Positions 21,761-32,003 of a DNA stretch of 64,000 nt are shown here, one piece after another. Positions within the stretch are counted from its first letter, which is position 1. Every line of letters begins with the position of its first letter. The notes under the pieces were generated by a model. That model made no database searches and was not told the DNA's origin. It worked only from the letters and a program-made list of their open reading frames with translations. The stretch covers positions 280,635-344,634 of IMG/VR virus record IMGVR_UViG_3300022868_000009. One strand, 5' to 3'. The translations under genes were made by a program, and so were the position numbers.

Positions 21761-22260
21761 AATAAAAGTCTTAAAAAATTTTCCAAAAAAATTTTCCAAA
21801 AAAATTTTAGAAACAAAATCCCAGTTTCTAAGTTATACTTTGTAACGGATACCCAAACGTAATTATATTATATATTATATTATATACACTTTTTAAATTT
21901 ACACTTTCTGACAAATACTTAATATCTACTACAAAACAGTTACTAATTTAAATGAACACTACTTACTCTATAAAAACAAACTTACTATTCTGTGATATAA
22001 AAAGTACTCTATTTACTATAAAATAGTTAATACCTTATATAGATAATACTTTATTTTAAAATAAACTTCTTTATATTATTTAAAATAAACTTCTTCATGA
22101 CCTCATATATTCACTATATCTATATATGTAGATAGGTGGCCCGTGAGCTATTTTTACTTATTATTATTAATCTTAAATTAGGAGGATTTTTATAATCCTT
22201 ATCTATTATTATTTTTTTGTCATGGATCATTGTGACATCTTTTTTTATTTTTATATTAAG
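21761..22260. other. Non-coding AT-rich region with short direct repeats; candidate replication origin
   Basis: aaaaaattttcc x3 (21773-21808), tttaaaataaacttct x2 (about 22054-22094); + strand switches from C-rich to G-rich across it. Confidence 0.4.
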
Positions 22261-22302
22261 GTTGCTTTCCTTATCTTTGTAATGAATAAAAATTATAATG
22301 AG

Positions 22303-22854
22303 ATGGAAAATTATTTTAAAATTGAACATGGAAGAAAGGTTGAGACATACACACCTAAAGATACATATGTATTAACATGGAATGAAAGACATGGTGATGC
22401 TGATCAAAGTATGCCTACATCTATGACTATACACAGTATGGATGAGTTATGGTTCATGTTATGGTTTAGTAAGTGGTTAGATAGATACAGACAGTATAGT
22501 GACTTAGATGAGTATAGTAAGGTACTTAATAAGTATAGTAAGGAGTTATTGGGTAGTAGTTGGTATATAACTGATTGGTGTAGTGATGTGTATGATCATG
22601 ATTGTATATATTCTAGTTGTTATTGTGGTGTGGATGCCATGAAGTTATATTATTATGATGAGCATGGTGTTAAGTATGAAGAGGAGATTGATGGTAGTAC
22701 ATATATATCTTTAGTGAAGATGGGATATAAGTTAGATTGTTGGTTCATTGATAAGTATCCACATATAGCTAATGAGTTACAGGGTATGATATGTGATGCT
22801 GCATTGGAAGATAAGAAGGATGTTATTGAGGCTAATAAAATGGGGTTGATATGA
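22303..22854 (+). CDS. Hypothetical, GDAD...YYYDEHGV family with C-tag (EANKMGLI)
   Basis: Start moved downstream of promoter at ~22270; paralog of 26950 and 43171. Confidence 0.75.
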   Translation: MENYFKIEHGRKVETYTPKDTYVLTWNERHGDADQSMPTSMTIHSMDELWFMLWFSKWLDRYRQYSDLDEYSKVLNKYSKELLGSSWYITDWCSDVYDHDCIYSSCYCGVDAMKLYYYDEHGVKYEEEIDGSTYISLVKMGYKLDCWFIDKYPHIANELQGMICDAALEDKKDVIEANKMGLI

Positions 22855-23183
22855 TAGATAAGAATATAGTTATAGTATCGTATAGTAAAGAGGAGTTTAA
22901 TTATGTATTGAATCTATTTAAATCTAGGGAGTTCAGTAGGTCTACGATTGATTCGTATCTACGTTACGTTAATGATGATGGTCATTATAATGATTATGTA
23001 TATCCTATTGCATTAATTGTGAGGTTTAAATTAATGTCAGCAACGTGGCAGTATAAAGATATGTGGGATCATATTAATGATTTATTAGATAGGGGTGAGG
23101 TTGATAGTGTTATTGATTGTAAAGATTTCAAAGAGATGGGTGGTGATAATTATATTGAAGGTATTAAATTAGGTTTACTTTAA
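22851..23183 (+). CDS. Hypothetical, C-tag (EGIKLGLL)
   Basis: ATGA overlap with previous tag. Confidence 0.8.
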   Translation: MIDKNIVIVSYSKEEFNYVLNLFKSREFSRSTIDSYLRYVNDDGHYNDYVYPIALIVRFKLMSATWQYKDMWDHINDLLDRGEVDSVIDCKDFKEMGGDNYIEGIKLGLL

Positions 23184-23213
23184 AGTTTAGAAGGTATTCC
23201 TTATCTTTGTATT
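23182..23213 (+). promoter_or_regulatory. Early promoter repeat aaagtttagaaggtattcc(g/t)tatctttgta containing Bacteroidota -7 element TAnnTTTG
   Basis: Near-identical copies at 23182, 25415, 26165, 30653; looser copies (GAA-N5-TCCGTAT[AC]TTTGTA) about 35 times between 22 and 61 kb. Confidence 0.85.
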
Positions 23214-23255
23214 GAATATAATTTAAAGAATAGAAAATGATAAAAGGAATAAGTA

Positions 23256-23573
23256 ATGACATATAAGGTATTGATTAAGGTTCGTAATGAATCTGAATGG
23301 ATATCATGTTGTGATATGTTGTATAGTCATGGTTATCGATGGCAAGACAATTGTATGGACTCAAAGAAGATACATGGATATAAGTTGATAAGTGAAGGTG
23401 ATATATATTTAGTTATATATAATCATACTGACCCTCATCATCATGATGATCGTTTATTTTATAATACTAATGTTAATGTTGATATTTATGGGCCGGATGT
23501 TATTATAATTAATTATGTTGAAGGTATGGATTTACATGAGATAATAGAAGTTAATAAATTGGGATTAATATGA
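23256..23573 (+). CDS. Hypothetical, C-tag (EVNKLGLI)
   Basis: Paralog of 23570 (KVRNESEW..CC.MLYSHGY.W). Confidence 0.8.
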   Translation: MTYKVLIKVRNESEWISCCDMLYSHGYRWQDNCMDSKKIHGYKLISEGDIYLVIYNHTDPHHHDDRLFYNTNVNVDIYGPDVIIINYVEGMDLHEIIEVNKLGLI

Positions 23574-23905
23574 TAGTATTTAGTAAAGATATAAAGAAAA
23601 TAAATATTAAGGTTCGTAATGAATCTGAATGGGTATCATGTTGCAATATGTTGTATAGTCATGGTTATCATTGGAATGTTGAGTCTGATTTTATGGAGAT
23701 ATATTCTGAATGTTTAGAAACTGCTAAGGAATATATTAAGACTTATGCAATAAATGATGGTATATATTTAGTTGTTTATAATGATAATAGTGGACGGTTA
23801 TATTATAATTATAAATATAAGACTGATGGTATAATAAATCTTGATTGGTATGATGGTATGGATTTACATGAGATAAATGAAGCTAATAAATTGGGGTTAA
23901 TATGA
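23570..23905 (+). CDS. Hypothetical, C-tag (EANKLGLI)
   Basis: Tandem paralog. Confidence 0.8.
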   Translation: MIVFSKDIKKINIKVRNESEWVSCCNMLYSHGYHWNVESDFMEIYSECLETAKEYIKTYAINDGIYLVVYNDNSGRLYYNYKYKTDGIINLDWYDGMDLHEINEANKLGLI

Positions 23906-24207
23906 AAGAGAAGATATACATAATATTAAATAATATAGATGATTGGATTAATTGTTGTAATCAATTAGACAATGAGGGATATTTTTGGGCAAGAAGTAGT
24001 GACTCATATAAAGATAAATATCATAAATGTAAAACTTTCGGTAATCCTGAAAATTATATAGTAATAGGTCATAATGAGTATGATGATAATCGTTTATATT
24101 ATGGTAATATATATAATGATAAGAAGTTTGATGGTATTATTTTATATTGGGATGCTGATGTAGATTTAGAAAGTTATTTTGCAGGTTTAAAAATGGGATT
24201 ATTATAA
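23902..24207 (+). CDS. Hypothetical, C-tag (AGLKMGLL)
   Basis: Tandem paralog (W..CC..L...GY.W). Confidence 0.8.
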   Translation: MKEKIYIILNNIDDWINCCNQLDNEGYFWARSSDSYKDKYHKCKTFGNPENYIVIGHNEYDDNRLYYGNIYNDKKFDGIILYWDADVDLESYFAGLKMGLL

Positions 24208-24317
24208 TAATATTTTCATGTTTGACCAGGGAGAATTTAGGTTGGAGGAAAGGGGATATTTTTATTTGGTGAAGGTTTGTTGTGTATTTGTGTATAAATT
24301 AAAATGTAAAAAAGATT

Positions 24318-24698
24318 ATGATAAAATGGATTAATATAAGGCTGGAAGGTTATGGTAAAGGTAAAGGTAAAGGTAAAGGTAAGAAGAAACTGAATAAGAT
24401 GGTTATGCGTAAATTGTTACATCAAATTGATTGTAAGGTTGGTTTTCGTATTAAGGATGGTGGATGGAAACCAGTTTTAAATAGTTTAAAAGAATATAAG
24501 CATTATAAATATATATGGATTGCTATATGTCCTTTTGGTAAAGATATGGCTGCGGATTATCATGAAAATAAAGAAGAATGGGAGAGTTATAAAGACGGTA
24601 TTGAGGCGGATGAAGCTGAGGTATGGTTGAGTTGGGAAGAGTTTATGGATTTAGATATTCAGATGATTGTTAATGGTTCTAAAATGAATTTATTATGA
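24318..24698 (+). CDS. Hypothetical, C-tag variant (GSKMNLL), GK repeat
   Basis: ORF track. Confidence 0.75.
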   Translation: MIKWINIRLEGYGKGKGKGKGKKKLNKMVMRKLLHQIDCKVGFRIKDGGWKPVLNSLKEYKHYKYIWIAICPFGKDMAADYHENKEEWESYKDGIEADEAEVWLSWEEFMDLDIQMIVNGSKMNLL

Positions 24699-25087
24699 AA
24701 GATATAAAGTGGATAAATATAATGTTAGACTGGGATAAGTTTAAGTGGGAACAATTCCATGATGTTGTTGATTATTATAAAGAGTTATTTCCTAAATTAG
24801 ATTGGACAACTGTTCAAACTGAGATACAGATACATGATAAAATTCGAAATGAATCTGTTTTTGATATTTTAGGTTTATCTATATGTTTGGAACATGATAG
24901 TAATGATTTTAATATTAATAATTGTGAAAATACTATAAATAATTGGCATCCTGTTATATTTAAGTATGGTATTGGTGATGATTTATATGACAAGCAAACT
25001 GGTATTGAAATAATTGTTAAATATAGTAAAGATTTCCGTGAAGAGATTGAGTTTTATTTAGAGGGTTCTAAAATGGGTTTATTATGA
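24695..25087 (+). CDS. Hypothetical, C-tag (EGSKMGLL)
   Basis: ATGA overlaps both sides; related to 51002. Confidence 0.8.
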   Translation: MKDIKWINIMLDWDKFKWEQFHDVVDYYKELFPKLDWTTVQTEIQIHDKIRNESVFDILGLSICLEHDSNDFNINNCENTINNWHPVIFKYGIGDDLYDKQTGIEIIVKYSKDFREEIEFYLEGSKMGLL

Positions 25088-25416
25088 AAAAAACAATAAT
25101 ATTTTTACATAACAATAAGGATTTGGGCAACTTGTTCATGTATTTACATGTTATTGGATGCAAATGGTCTAGTGGTAGACCTATTATAATAGATAGTGAA
25201 ATACAAAGATTTAATTTATCTTGTTCTAGATCTAAATCTGTTGCAATTATCGTTGATGATGGTAGTCTTACTTATGTATCAAATAAGAAAGATATTGTTT
25301 ATAGTTATATATCTGGTGATAAATTTAAATATTATGATCATTATGAGTATGTAGATTTTGATAAGGAGTTTGATATTGATGTAACTATTAATGGTAATAA
25401 GATGGGATTACTTTAA
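25084..25416 (+). CDS. Hypothetical, C-tag (NGNKMGLL)
   Basis: Paralog of 25469/25801 (YLH.IG.KW, YDHYEY). Confidence 0.8.
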   Translation: MKKTIIFLHNNKDLGNLFMYLHVIGCKWSSGRPIIIDSEIQRFNLSCSRSKSVAIIVDDGSLTYVSNKKDIVYSYISGDKFKYYDHYEYVDFDKEFDIDVTINGNKMGLL

Positions 25417-25468
25417 AGTTTAGAAGGTATTCCGTGTCTTTGTATTATAATTAAAGGAGGAAACAAAA

Positions 25469-25804
25469 ATGAAAATGATAATATATGCACATAATGACGA
25501 AGATATTTATAAGTTATCAACTTATTTACATTATATTGGAATTAAATGGCAAACTGAAATTTTTATTATGAATGATGGTGAAATGACAATAGATTGTAAT
25601 AGAGCTGAATCTAAATCTATTGCATTTTGTGTTAAAAATAATCGTGTGTCATATATGAATGATGGTGGTTCTTTTGGTGGTGATGTTTATAATTTTTTCA
25701 AAAGGCAACCATATGAATGTTATGACCATTATGAGTATATTGAATTTGATAAGGAGTTTGGTGTTGATATGGTTTTAGAATCAATAAAGATGGGTTTATT
25801 ATGA
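25469..25804 (+). CDS. Hypothetical, C-tag (ESIKMGLL)
   Basis: Promoter and AGGAGG upstream. Confidence 0.8.
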   Translation: MKMIIYAHNDEDIYKLSTYLHYIGIKWQTEIFIMNDGEMTIDCNRAESKSIAFCVKNNRVSYMNDGGSFGGDVYNFFKRQPYECYDHYEYIEFDKEFGVDMVLESIKMGLL

Positions 25805-26166
25805 AAAAAACAATAATATATGTACATAGTGATGAGGATATGATTAATTTATTAAGTTATTTACATTTTGTTGGAGTTACATGGCATGGCTCTGCTATTA
25901 TAAAAGATGATGATAGTTCCGATAATTTTTTTAATGCCGATGCCAGATATATAGATATTAGTTGTAAAAAAACGGGAACTGTTGGATTTTGTATTGATCA
26001 AGATGATTATATTACATATATGGATGATGGTACTTTTAAAGGCGAGAATGTTTATGAATATTTCGGTAGAGATTTTATGGAGTATGATCATTATGAGTAT
26101 GATGAATATGTTGAAAAGTTTGATATTGAACCACTCATAAATGGAATAAAGATGGGTTTACTTTAA
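25801..26166 (+). CDS. Hypothetical, C-tag (NGIKMGLL)
   Basis: Tandem paralog. Confidence 0.8.
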   Translation: MKKTIIYVHSDEDMINLLSYLHFVGVTWHGSAIIKDDDSSDNFFNADARYIDISCKKTGTVGFCIDQDDYITYMDDGTFKGENVYEYFGRDFMEYDHYEYDEYVEKFDIEPLINGIKMGLL

Positions 26167-26218
26167 AGTTTAGAAGGTATTCCGTATCTTTGTATTATAA
26201 TTAAAAAGGAGAAGAAAA

Positions 26219-26473
26219 ATGAAAAAGAAACAAAATAAAAAAGAAGAGAGTAAATATCAATACAGAAGTGATACTGCTGTTAGGGTTGAAGAAACTGAAT
26301 ATAGTGTAAATGAGTATGACGAATGGGATCGCATAGTATTTTATTTATGGAAGAAGAGTGGTTATTGGTCTGTGAATGTTTTTGCTCCTGTAACTGATGG
26401 TAAAAGGGTTTCATTAGAACCTTTACAAGTAATTCATAAGTATTGGACATCTTATAATAAATTATCAATATGA
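26219..26473 (+). CDS. Hypothetical protein
   Basis: Promoter and SD upstream. Confidence 0.7.
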   Translation: MKKKQNKKEESKYQYRSDTAVRVEETEYSVNEYDEWDRIVFYLWKKSGYWSVNVFAPVTDGKRVSLEPLQVIHKYWTSYNKLSI

Positions 26474-26736
26474 AAAGATTAAATATATTTGTAAGAAGTG
26501 GATTACAGCAAACGTTGTTTCTACATTATTTATATACTAATGGTTATAGTTATAAAGATAGAAAGGATCTTTATTGGAAATTTACTAATGGTTCAGGTGC
26601 TATTGTGGTTAATGTAATTGATAAAATAATATTAGGTGGTAACACAGGTTGGTTTGCAACACAATCACATATGAATGTAAAAGAATTTGTTGATAAGGCG
26701 TGGGAATTTGAAAGTATGAGGATTGGTGTATTATGA
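26470..26736 (+). CDS. Hypothetical, degenerate C-tag (ESMRIGVL)
   Basis: ORF track. Confidence 0.7.
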   Translation: MKRLNIFVRSGLQQTLFLHYLYTNGYSYKDRKDLYWKFTNGSGAIVVNVIDKIILGGNTGWFATQSHMNVKEFVDKAWEFESMRIGVL

Positions 26737-26949
26737 TTAAGGAATATCATATATGTATTATAAATAAAAAGGAGAAAAAAATGCTAACAATATTAACAAT
26801 ATTATTAATATGGAATCAATTTAGTGGTTGGTTTAGAAAGATGTTTTGTAAAATTGGTTTACACACATGGATTAAAGTCTATTCACATAATGAAAAAGGT
26901 TGGCATATAAAGGAAAAGAAATGTAGAATATGTAATAAGGAGGTAAAAA

Positions 26950-27459
26950 ATGATAAAAATAATAGAAAATAAAACACAAACTAAAAGAATTGAACCTTAT
27001 TATAGGTTAAAATTTAGTTACATGATTGGTGATGCTGATGGTGACACTACAGAGAAGATTGATATTCCTCTTAACAATCCATATGTCGAAAGAGTTGTTG
27101 ATGTTTTAAATAATTGTGATACACCTAAAGGTCATTGGGGTATGATATTAGACTCTGAACATTTCACTAAGTTATTGAATCAGGGTAAAATGACACAGAG
27201 TGATTATAATTTTTGTAAAGTGGTTGTATTTGGTGATGACATTGATGAACACATGGAAGAGTTTTTCAGCAAGGAAAGAATTGAGGCTGACAAATTAAAA
27301 TTATTGGAGATAACTGGCGATGAAAAATCATACGCTTATGAATTTGAAGAGGCTTGTATTACTTCGATTGGACATAGTTTCGCAGTTTTTGAAGGTATTG
27401 ATTTATATTATATTGATGAATATGGAGTAAAACATGAGACCAAAATAGTTGATGATTAA
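26950..27459 (+). CDS. Hypothetical, GDAD...YYIDEYGV family lacking the C-tag extension
   Basis: Shared motifs with 22303 and 43171. Confidence 0.75.
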   Translation: MIKIIENKTQTKRIEPYYRLKFSYMIGDADGDTTEKIDIPLNNPYVERVVDVLNNCDTPKGHWGMILDSEHFTKLLNQGKMTQSDYNFCKVVVFGDDIDEHMEEFFSKERIEADKLKLLEITGDEKSYAYEFEEACITSIGHSFAVFEGIDLYYIDEYGVKHETKIVDD

Positions 27460-27533
27460 AACATTAAAATGGTAAGGAATTTCAGAAGGAGTTCCTTATC
27501 TTTGTATTAATATTAATTTAAAGAAGAAATAAA

Positions 27534-27761
27534 ATGATAAAATATAAAATAACAGATGAAAAAATTGAAGTAGGCGACATTGTTGCTTATGGAATAACAT
27601 GGAGAGAGAAACGTGTAAGAAAGCACGGTTATGTACTTGGTGTTTGGGAAGAATATTGGGATGAGGATTCACAGAAGTTTAGAAATAAGGTTGAATGTGT
27701 TGATAAAGATAATCATATAATTCGTAGTGAAGAATGGTTAAAAAAGGTGGTATTGATATGA
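27534..27761 (+). CDS. Hypothetical protein
   Basis: Promoter upstream. Confidence 0.65.
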   Translation: MIKYKITDEKIEVGDIVAYGITWREKRVRKHGYVLGVWEEYWDEDSQKFRNKVECVDKDNHIIRSEEWLKKVVLI

Positions 27762-28063
27762 TAAAACGATATTATAAAATAGGAATAGATATTCCTGATA
27801 ATAAATTTGTTAAGTTGATATCAGATCATTTATATTCTTTGGGTTATAAATGGTGTAGTGATTTTAGAGACGAATCTTTTTATGATAAAGTAACGAATGA
27901 ATGTATAAGAAGTAATGTGCGTGGTATTGGTGTTGAATGTAATGGTCGCATGAGTTACAATGTTGTTAAAAATCAAACTGAAAAGTGGTATTCTCTTGAA
28001 GAATATGTAATAAAATATGATTTAGTGATTGAATATGAAGGATTAAAAATGGGTTTATTATGA
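27758..28063 (+). CDS. Hypothetical, C-tag (EGLKMGLL); paralog of 49238/49534
   Basis: HLYSLGY.W...GIGVE..G..SYNV. Confidence 0.8.
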   Translation: MIKRYYKIGIDIPDNKFVKLISDHLYSLGYKWCSDFRDESFYDKVTNECIRSNVRGIGVECNGRMSYNVVKNQTEKWYSLEEYVIKYDLVIEYEGLKMGLL

Positions 28064-28176
28064 GAAAGAGAAAACGAATCAAGGAAAATATTGACTATTT
28101 GTTATTTGGAATGGATTGTGCATTGATAGTATTATTTGTATTATTCATAGTATTAATTATAATTTAGGAGGAAAAA

Positions 28177-28527
28177 ATGAGAAAAATATATTTAGCAACA
28201 AATTATTTCACAGCGTTAACCCCGCTTGATGATGATAACAATTTATTAAAATTAGAAAGAGGTAAAGATCCTGTTATTATTTGTACCCTTGAGAAATATC
28301 TGGAAGATGTTGATAACACAATAATCACAGGTAACATATTAAGATTAGAAATAATTGCAAAAACAGATGATGGTTGGATAATTGAACAAGAATTTATAAC
28401 ACCGGGAATGTTAGAGAGTTTGAATTGTAGAAAGATAAGTCTTGACTCACAATTTATTGAAACTTTAAATCGAAGCCAGAAAGTGGCTTTAGAGTTAAAG
28501 AATATAAATGAAAAATTGTCAAGGTAA
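28177..28527 (+). CDS. Hypothetical protein
   Basis: AGGAGG upstream. Confidence 0.7.
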   Translation: MRKIYLATNYFTALTPLDDDNNLLKLERGKDPVIICTLEKYLEDVDNTIITGNILRLEIIAKTDDGWIIEQEFITPGMLESLNCRKISLDSQFIETLNRSQKVALELKNINEKLSR

Positions 28528-28695
28528 ATTTTTTTATTAAGTAGAATCACCGTATATTTGTATTATACAATTGAGAAGATAGAAAAAGAAGAGAAATAAA
28601 CAGAATGATTTTTTAATTCAGAATAAAGTTCTTATCTTTGTATAGACAAAAACAAGTAAACATAATATTAATTAATTTAAAAAACGAAAAACAAA

Positions 28696-29010
28696 ATGGC
28701 AAACAAAAAAGATTTAACAAACGCAATTGCAATAGCTACAGGCAAAACAAAAAAAGATAGCAAAGAATTAGTAAACGTCATAATGGCATCTATTAAATCT
28801 GAATTAAGTAACGGTGAAGGTTCTATCGTAAAATTAGTAAACTTTGGAACATTTAAAGTAGTTAATCGAAAAGCAAGAAAAGGAAGAAATCCAAGGACTG
28901 GTGAATCAATTGATATCCCTGCAAAGAATGTAGTTAGATTCAAAGCTGGTAAAGGTCTTAAAGAAGCGGTTGATTATACTGCTGAAGAAAGAGAAGAATT
29001 AGGAATATAA
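28696..29010 (+). CDS. hup: HU-family DNA-binding protein, copy 1
   Basis: NFGTFKV..RKARKGRNPRTGESI.IPAK.VVRFKAGK.LKEAV. Confidence 0.95.
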   Translation: MANKKDLTNAIAIATGKTKKDSKELVNVIMASIKSELSNGEGSIVKLVNFGTFKVVNRKARKGRNPRTGESIDIPAKNVVRFKAGKGLKEAVDYTAEEREELGI

Positions 29011-29034
29011 GAAATAAAACTCCTGAAATATCGA

Positions 29035-29060
29035 AGCCACCTGGAGAGGTGGCTTTTTTT
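29035..29060 (+). terminator. Intrinsic terminator
   Basis: agccacct-ggag-aggtggct followed by T-run. Confidence 0.9.
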
Positions 29061-29087
29061 ATTTGAAAAAATTCCTTATATTTGTAT

Positions 29088-29408
29088 ATGAATAACGAAA
29101 AATATATAAGGTTTAAGGTAAAAACTCTATCAGATAGTAAGAGTATTCAAGAATTTTTATTTTCTTTAGGATATATGTGGTGTTCAGAAAATAGGAAAGA
29201 ATATTATTATATGAATTTTGAAACGTCTGATATTTTATTATGTCTTGAGAGTGACTTTAATCCTAATATAGATCATATTTTTCATGGTGATGTAGAGATA
29301 TTAAATTATGATAAAAGATGGATGGATAAGATAATAAAATCTTATGATATGAGTAATTATAAAGATTTTATTCAATATAAAAATGCAAAACAACTGGGAT
29401 TAATTTAA
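29088..29408 (+). CDS. Hypothetical, C-tag (NAKQLGLI)
   Basis: Paralog of 29439 (IQEFLFSLGY.W). Confidence 0.8.
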   Translation: MNNEKYIRFKVKTLSDSKSIQEFLFSLGYMWCSENRKEYYYMNFETSDILLCLESDFNPNIDHIFHGDVEILNYDKRWMDKIIKSYDMSNYKDFIQYKNAKQLGLI

Positions 29409-29438
29409 TATTAAGAACAAACTCCGTATCTTTACACT

Positions 29439-29744
29439 ATGAAAAAACATGAAAAATTTATATTATTTAAGGTTGATACTTCAAGGGAAAGTAAGGAAAT
29501 TCAAGAATTTTTGTTTTCTTTAGGTTATTCTTGGCGTGGAGATAATAATATGGAATATTTCTCTGTTGAAATTGGGGCTTATATTTTATTATGTGTTGAT
29601 AGTAATAATATTAAGAGCAAAAATTGTATTTTTTATGGAAATGATAAAATGCAATATGATCAAGAACTTATAAAATCTTATAACATGAATAATTATAAAG
29701 ATTCTTTATGTTTTATAGAATCATTTAAATTGGGATTATTTTAA
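29439..29744 (+). CDS. Hypothetical, C-tag (ESFKLGLF)
   Basis: Tandem paralog. Confidence 0.8.
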   Translation: MKKHEKFILFKVDTSRESKEIQEFLFSLGYSWRGDNNMEYFSVEIGAYILLCVDSNNIKSKNCIFYGNDKMQYDQELIKSYNMNNYKDSLCFIESFKLGLF

Positions 29745-29777
29745 AATTGAGAACAAACTCCGTATCTTTACATAGTT

Positions 29778-29833
29778 AAAGGGCGGAGAATTTTTATAGG
29801 TTCTGGGAGAGTAGACTCCAACTTGCGATATAT
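29778..29833 (+). ncRNA. Repeated small structured RNA, copy 1
   Basis: aaagggcggag-hairpin-gagagtagactccaacttgcg immediately after promoter, no ORF. Confidence 0.6.
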
Positions 29834-29883
29834 TTTTTTTAACACAATTTTTATTTCTTAGAAGTAATCCGTATCTTTGTTAT

Positions 29884-30315
29884 ATGAAAATGAAAGTATT
29901 ATATATTAAAGCTGAAAACATGAAAGATGGTGATTTTGACATTATGTTAAAATTTGTTAATAATAATAAAAATTTAGATTATTATTTAACAGGTATAAAT
30001 ATGGGGGGTATTATGAGAACATTTATATGTATAGCCGTAAATGATGATAATTATAATGAGGTTAAAGAAAAATTATTCTCTAAATATAATACACCATCAC
30101 ATATTACTGATTTTCAAAATTATGAAGATTATAAATATCCCTATTTATCAATTGAAATATCAATGGAAAATGAACATGCAGATCATTTAACTATTCATCC
30201 TTTGAATGATGATGATGTAGATGTTAAAAATTTTGAAATAATTTATAGTAATATTGATGACATATTTGATGATATTGATATGCATATAACTACAAAAAAA
30301 CTTGGTTTATCTTAA
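29884..30315 (+). CDS. Hypothetical, C-tag variant (TKKLGLS)
   Basis: ORF track. Confidence 0.7.
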   Translation: MKMKVLYIKAENMKDGDFDIMLKFVNNNKNLDYYLTGINMGGIMRTFICIAVNDDNYNEVKEKLFSKYNTPSHITDFQNYEDYKYPYLSIEISMENEHADHLTIHPLNDDDVDVKNFEIIYSNIDDIFDDIDMHITTKKLGLS

Positions 30316-30330
30316 CTAAAAAAAATAATT

Positions 30331-30651
30331 ATGAGAAAATTTAATTGTATTAAAATAGAAAATGAAGAACATTTAAATGAATGTTATAAAAAGATAATTG
30401 ATCTTAAAACACATTATCCATATAACACTTTTGTTGATAGATTTATTATGATAAAGGGTTATTGTATTGGTTTTGAAATAGAAGAAATAGAAGAAGGAAG
30501 ATTAATTTTAACATTTTTAACTGATAATGATCTTCAACGATTTGATGAATCAAATGAATTAGCTTTTAATTGTAATTATTTTAATGATATTGATTCTTTT
30601 GTTGAATATCATAAGATTTATTTTGATTGTAGATCATTAGGGGTTTTATAA
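30331..30651 (+). CDS. Hypothetical, C-tag variant (CRSLGVL)
   Basis: ORF track. Confidence 0.75.
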   Translation: MRKFNCIKIENEEHLNECYKKIIDLKTHYPYNTFVDRFIMIKGYCIGFEIEEIEEGRLILTFLTDNDLQRFDESNELAFNCNYFNDIDSFVEYHKIYFDCRSLGVL

Positions 30652-30704
30652 GAAAGTTTAGAAGGTATTCCGTATCTTTGTATAAATATTAAAATAATAT
30701 AATT

Positions 30705-31166
30705 ATGGAATTAGATAAAGCAAGAATAAAAATGAGAGAATTGTTATCAAAACATGGTCTTGATAATTGGAGTTTTGATTTTGATAGAGCAGTTAGACGT
30801 TTAGGTCAATGTGTTTGGAAAAAGAATAGTATCATGACTCGAAAAATTACTATGTCTAGAATTATGACTGAAAGTAGAACTGATAAAGAAGTTATTAATA
30901 CAATGTTACATGAAATAGCACACGCAATAGATTTTGAAACAAGGGGTAGAAGTGCTCATGATGATGTTTGGAGATCAATTGCATTGAGTATTGGTTGTGA
31001 TGGTAATAGATCTAGTAATGTTGATGTTGAGGTTTCAGAAAAGAATTATAAGTGGTTGGCTATATGTCCAGAGCATGGTGTTTTGGGTGGATGGCAAAGA
31101 AAACCAAAAGATAATAAAATGTGTAAAAAATGTAAAAGTAAAATCATAATAAAGGAAAATAAATAA
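30705..31166 (+). CDS. SprT-like zinc metalloprotease with C-terminal Zn ribbon
   Basis: RRLGQC, TMLHEIAHA, AHDDVW, C..H...C..C. Confidence 0.88.
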   Translation: MELDKARIKMRELLSKHGLDNWSFDFDRAVRRLGQCVWKKNSIMTRKITMSRIMTESRTDKEVINTMLHEIAHAIDFETRGRSAHDDVWRSIALSIGCDGNRSSNVDVEVSEKNYKWLAICPEHGVLGGWQRKPKDNKMCKKCKSKIIIKENK

Positions 31167-31167
31167 C

Positions 31168-31995
31168 ATGAAAATAAAAGAAATAATAAGAAAAATATAT
31201 GATAAAACCGGACATGGATATACTGCTACGGCTATTAGTGTTTTAAAAAAATCTGGTTTGATGGGTGATAAAACACATCAAAAGATTAAGAACATTGTTG
31301 AGAATGAAATTCAAAGATATGAAAAAGAATATTTTGAAAAATATAAGTCTTATATTAGTGAGTATAGATATGAATCACCAACTATGATTTTATCAATAAT
31401 GTATATTGATGGTTTTAAAGGAAAATATACTGATTCTTATAAGAAGATTCAGAAAGAGATTCAAAGAATTGACACATCAGAATTAAAGTCATATAAATCT
31501 TTAATAAAGAAAGCTAAATCTACTGATCATTTGCTAAGTAAGATATCCCATTATAAAAGAGCATTATCATTTCGAGGGGATAAAAAAATTGAAGAGAAAT
31601 TGAAAGATTTAGAGGAGGATTTTCACTCAGATCAGATTATAGAGGATGAGAAGCAATTTTCAGAGAATACTATTCAATTAAAAGATTCCTCTATAATCAA
31701 AATTTATCTTGATCCGAATAACAGAAATACTTTGATGATGGAACAAGAACAAGAAGGTAAAAAAGGTTTTAGGTTAGTTAATCATTTTGCAGCTATACCA
31801 CCATTGAAAGAAACTACTGACATATTTTGGATTGGTGAAAGAACTTCAAAAGCAACTGGTTATAAACATAATTCAGAGGCTTTAATAATAATGAGAGATG
31901 AAAATGATACAATAAGAATATATTATAAAGGAAGTTTATTAATAGAAAATTATTGTGAAGAAGAATTAAAAAAAATTATAAATAAAATTAAATAA
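31168..31995 (+). CDS. Hypothetical protein
   Basis: 275-aa ORF. Confidence 0.75.
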   Translation: MKIKEIIRKIYDKTGHGYTATAISVLKKSGLMGDKTHQKIKNIVENEIQRYEKEYFEKYKSYISEYRYESPTMILSIMYIDGFKGKYTDSYKKIQKEIQRIDTSELKSYKSLIKKAKSTDHLLSKISHYKRALSFRGDKKIEEKLKDLEEDFHSDQIIEDEKQFSENTIQLKDSSIIKIYLDPNNRNTLMMEQEQEGKKGFRLVNHFAAIPPLKETTDIFWIGERTSKATGYKHNSEALIIMRDENDTIRIYYKGSLLIENYCEEELKKIINKIK

Positions 31996-32003
31996 AACAA
32001 ATT

